A stretch of 64,000 bases of DNA from an uncultured Alphaproteobacteria bacterium. GTDB taxonomy: Bacteria; Pseudomonadota; Alphaproteobacteria; HIMB59; GCA-002718135. Position 1 is the stretch's first letter. Each line of letters starts with the position of its first letter. Position numbers and translations under genes: made by a program. Under the pieces are notes generated by a model. It was not told the DNA's origin, did no database searches, and saw only the letters and a list, made by a program, of their open reading frames with translations. This document shows, piece by piece, positions 63,855-64,000 of the stretch. The stretch is from NCBI GenBank assembly GCA_902615625.1, contig CACMPM010000004.1:10290-74289 (forward strand), in the 5' to 3' direction.

Positions 63855-64000
63855 TTAAAAATTACCTTCAAAACTCACTGTATCATTTGGCTTCTTATTT
63901 CGTGCATAATATTGACCACCTTTGTAAATTATTTTTAAAGCCTCATAAAGAATTCCAGCCATTACCTTGAAGCCTAAAAGTGGATTATAATATAAAAATT
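63855..64000 (-). CDS. DUF1365-like protein (only the C-terminal end is in the window)
   Basis: Reverse translation ends ...IIHFLGFKVMAGILYEALKIIYKGGQYYARNKKPNDTVSFEGNF*. It stops just upstream of the CFA-like start, and the C-terminal pattern and context fit DUF1365. Confidence 0.5.
   Translation of the reverse strand, partial: FLYYNPLLGFKVMAGILYEALKIIYKGGQYYARNKKPNDTVSFEGNF

Overview
This is an AT-rich (roughly 30% GC by eye), extremely gene-dense alphaproteobacterial chromosome segment. The synteny, the alpha-specific families (Alph_Pro_TM, DUF1013, DUF1192) and the near-zero intergenic spacing fit a streamlined SAR11/Pelagibacterales-type genome best; this is inference, since no database search was possible. 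Block 1 (1-21142, minus strand) is one co-directional 21-kb array: tRNA-Tyr, tRNA-Gly, tuf, tRNA-Trp, secE, nusG, rplKAJL, rpoBC, rpsL, rpsG, fusA, then directly the S10 operon (rpsJ to rpsQ) and rplN. Block 2 (21268-30855) holds an rlmB-like methyltransferase, tRNA-Thr, and an NAD-type formate dehydrogenase with a molybdenum-cofactor maturation cluster: fdsA, a fused fdsG-fdsB, a TusA-like gene, moeA, mobB, an orphan TupB-like permease, fdhD and mobA. Block 3 (30907-41343) holds a membrane module (YeiH, TauE/SafE, orphan TM ORF, Alph_Pro_TM, USP) and housekeeping genes (pyrE, pdxH, fabI, aroC, tlyA, xseB, rluD, rpoH). Block 4 (41329-56303, minus strand) runs purA, hisZ, glmM, ftsH, tilS, ybgF, pal, tolB, tolA, tolR, tolQ, a 97-aa PD-(D/E)xK nuclease-like ORF, yebC, a ymdB-like gene, 5-FCL, zapA and a coiled-coil partner. 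Block 5 (56389-64000) holds tkt, gap, an orphan ORF, efp, suhB, rpmE, DUF1192, DUF1013 and a DUF2878 / CFA-synthase-like / DUF1365 lipid cluster. I saw no rRNA, CRISPR, transposase, integrase or prophage signature, and no large, clear-cut novel system such as a defence island. The best candidates for new biology are: (i) the mini PD-(D/E)xK nuclease sitting where ruvCAB-ybgC normally lies; (ii) the translationally coupled TauE / orphan TM / Alph_Pro_TM / USP module; (iii) the FDH/Moco cluster with an orphan permease, a TusA-like protein and a single-Cys FdhD; (iv) the orphan ORF between gap and efp. A systematic compaction pattern (CATG start-start, TTAA stop-stop and ATGA overlaps) runs through the window. 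CDS coordinates come from the supplied ORF track; where noted, I revised starts by reading the sequence. All family assignments rest on motif recognition, not on searches.
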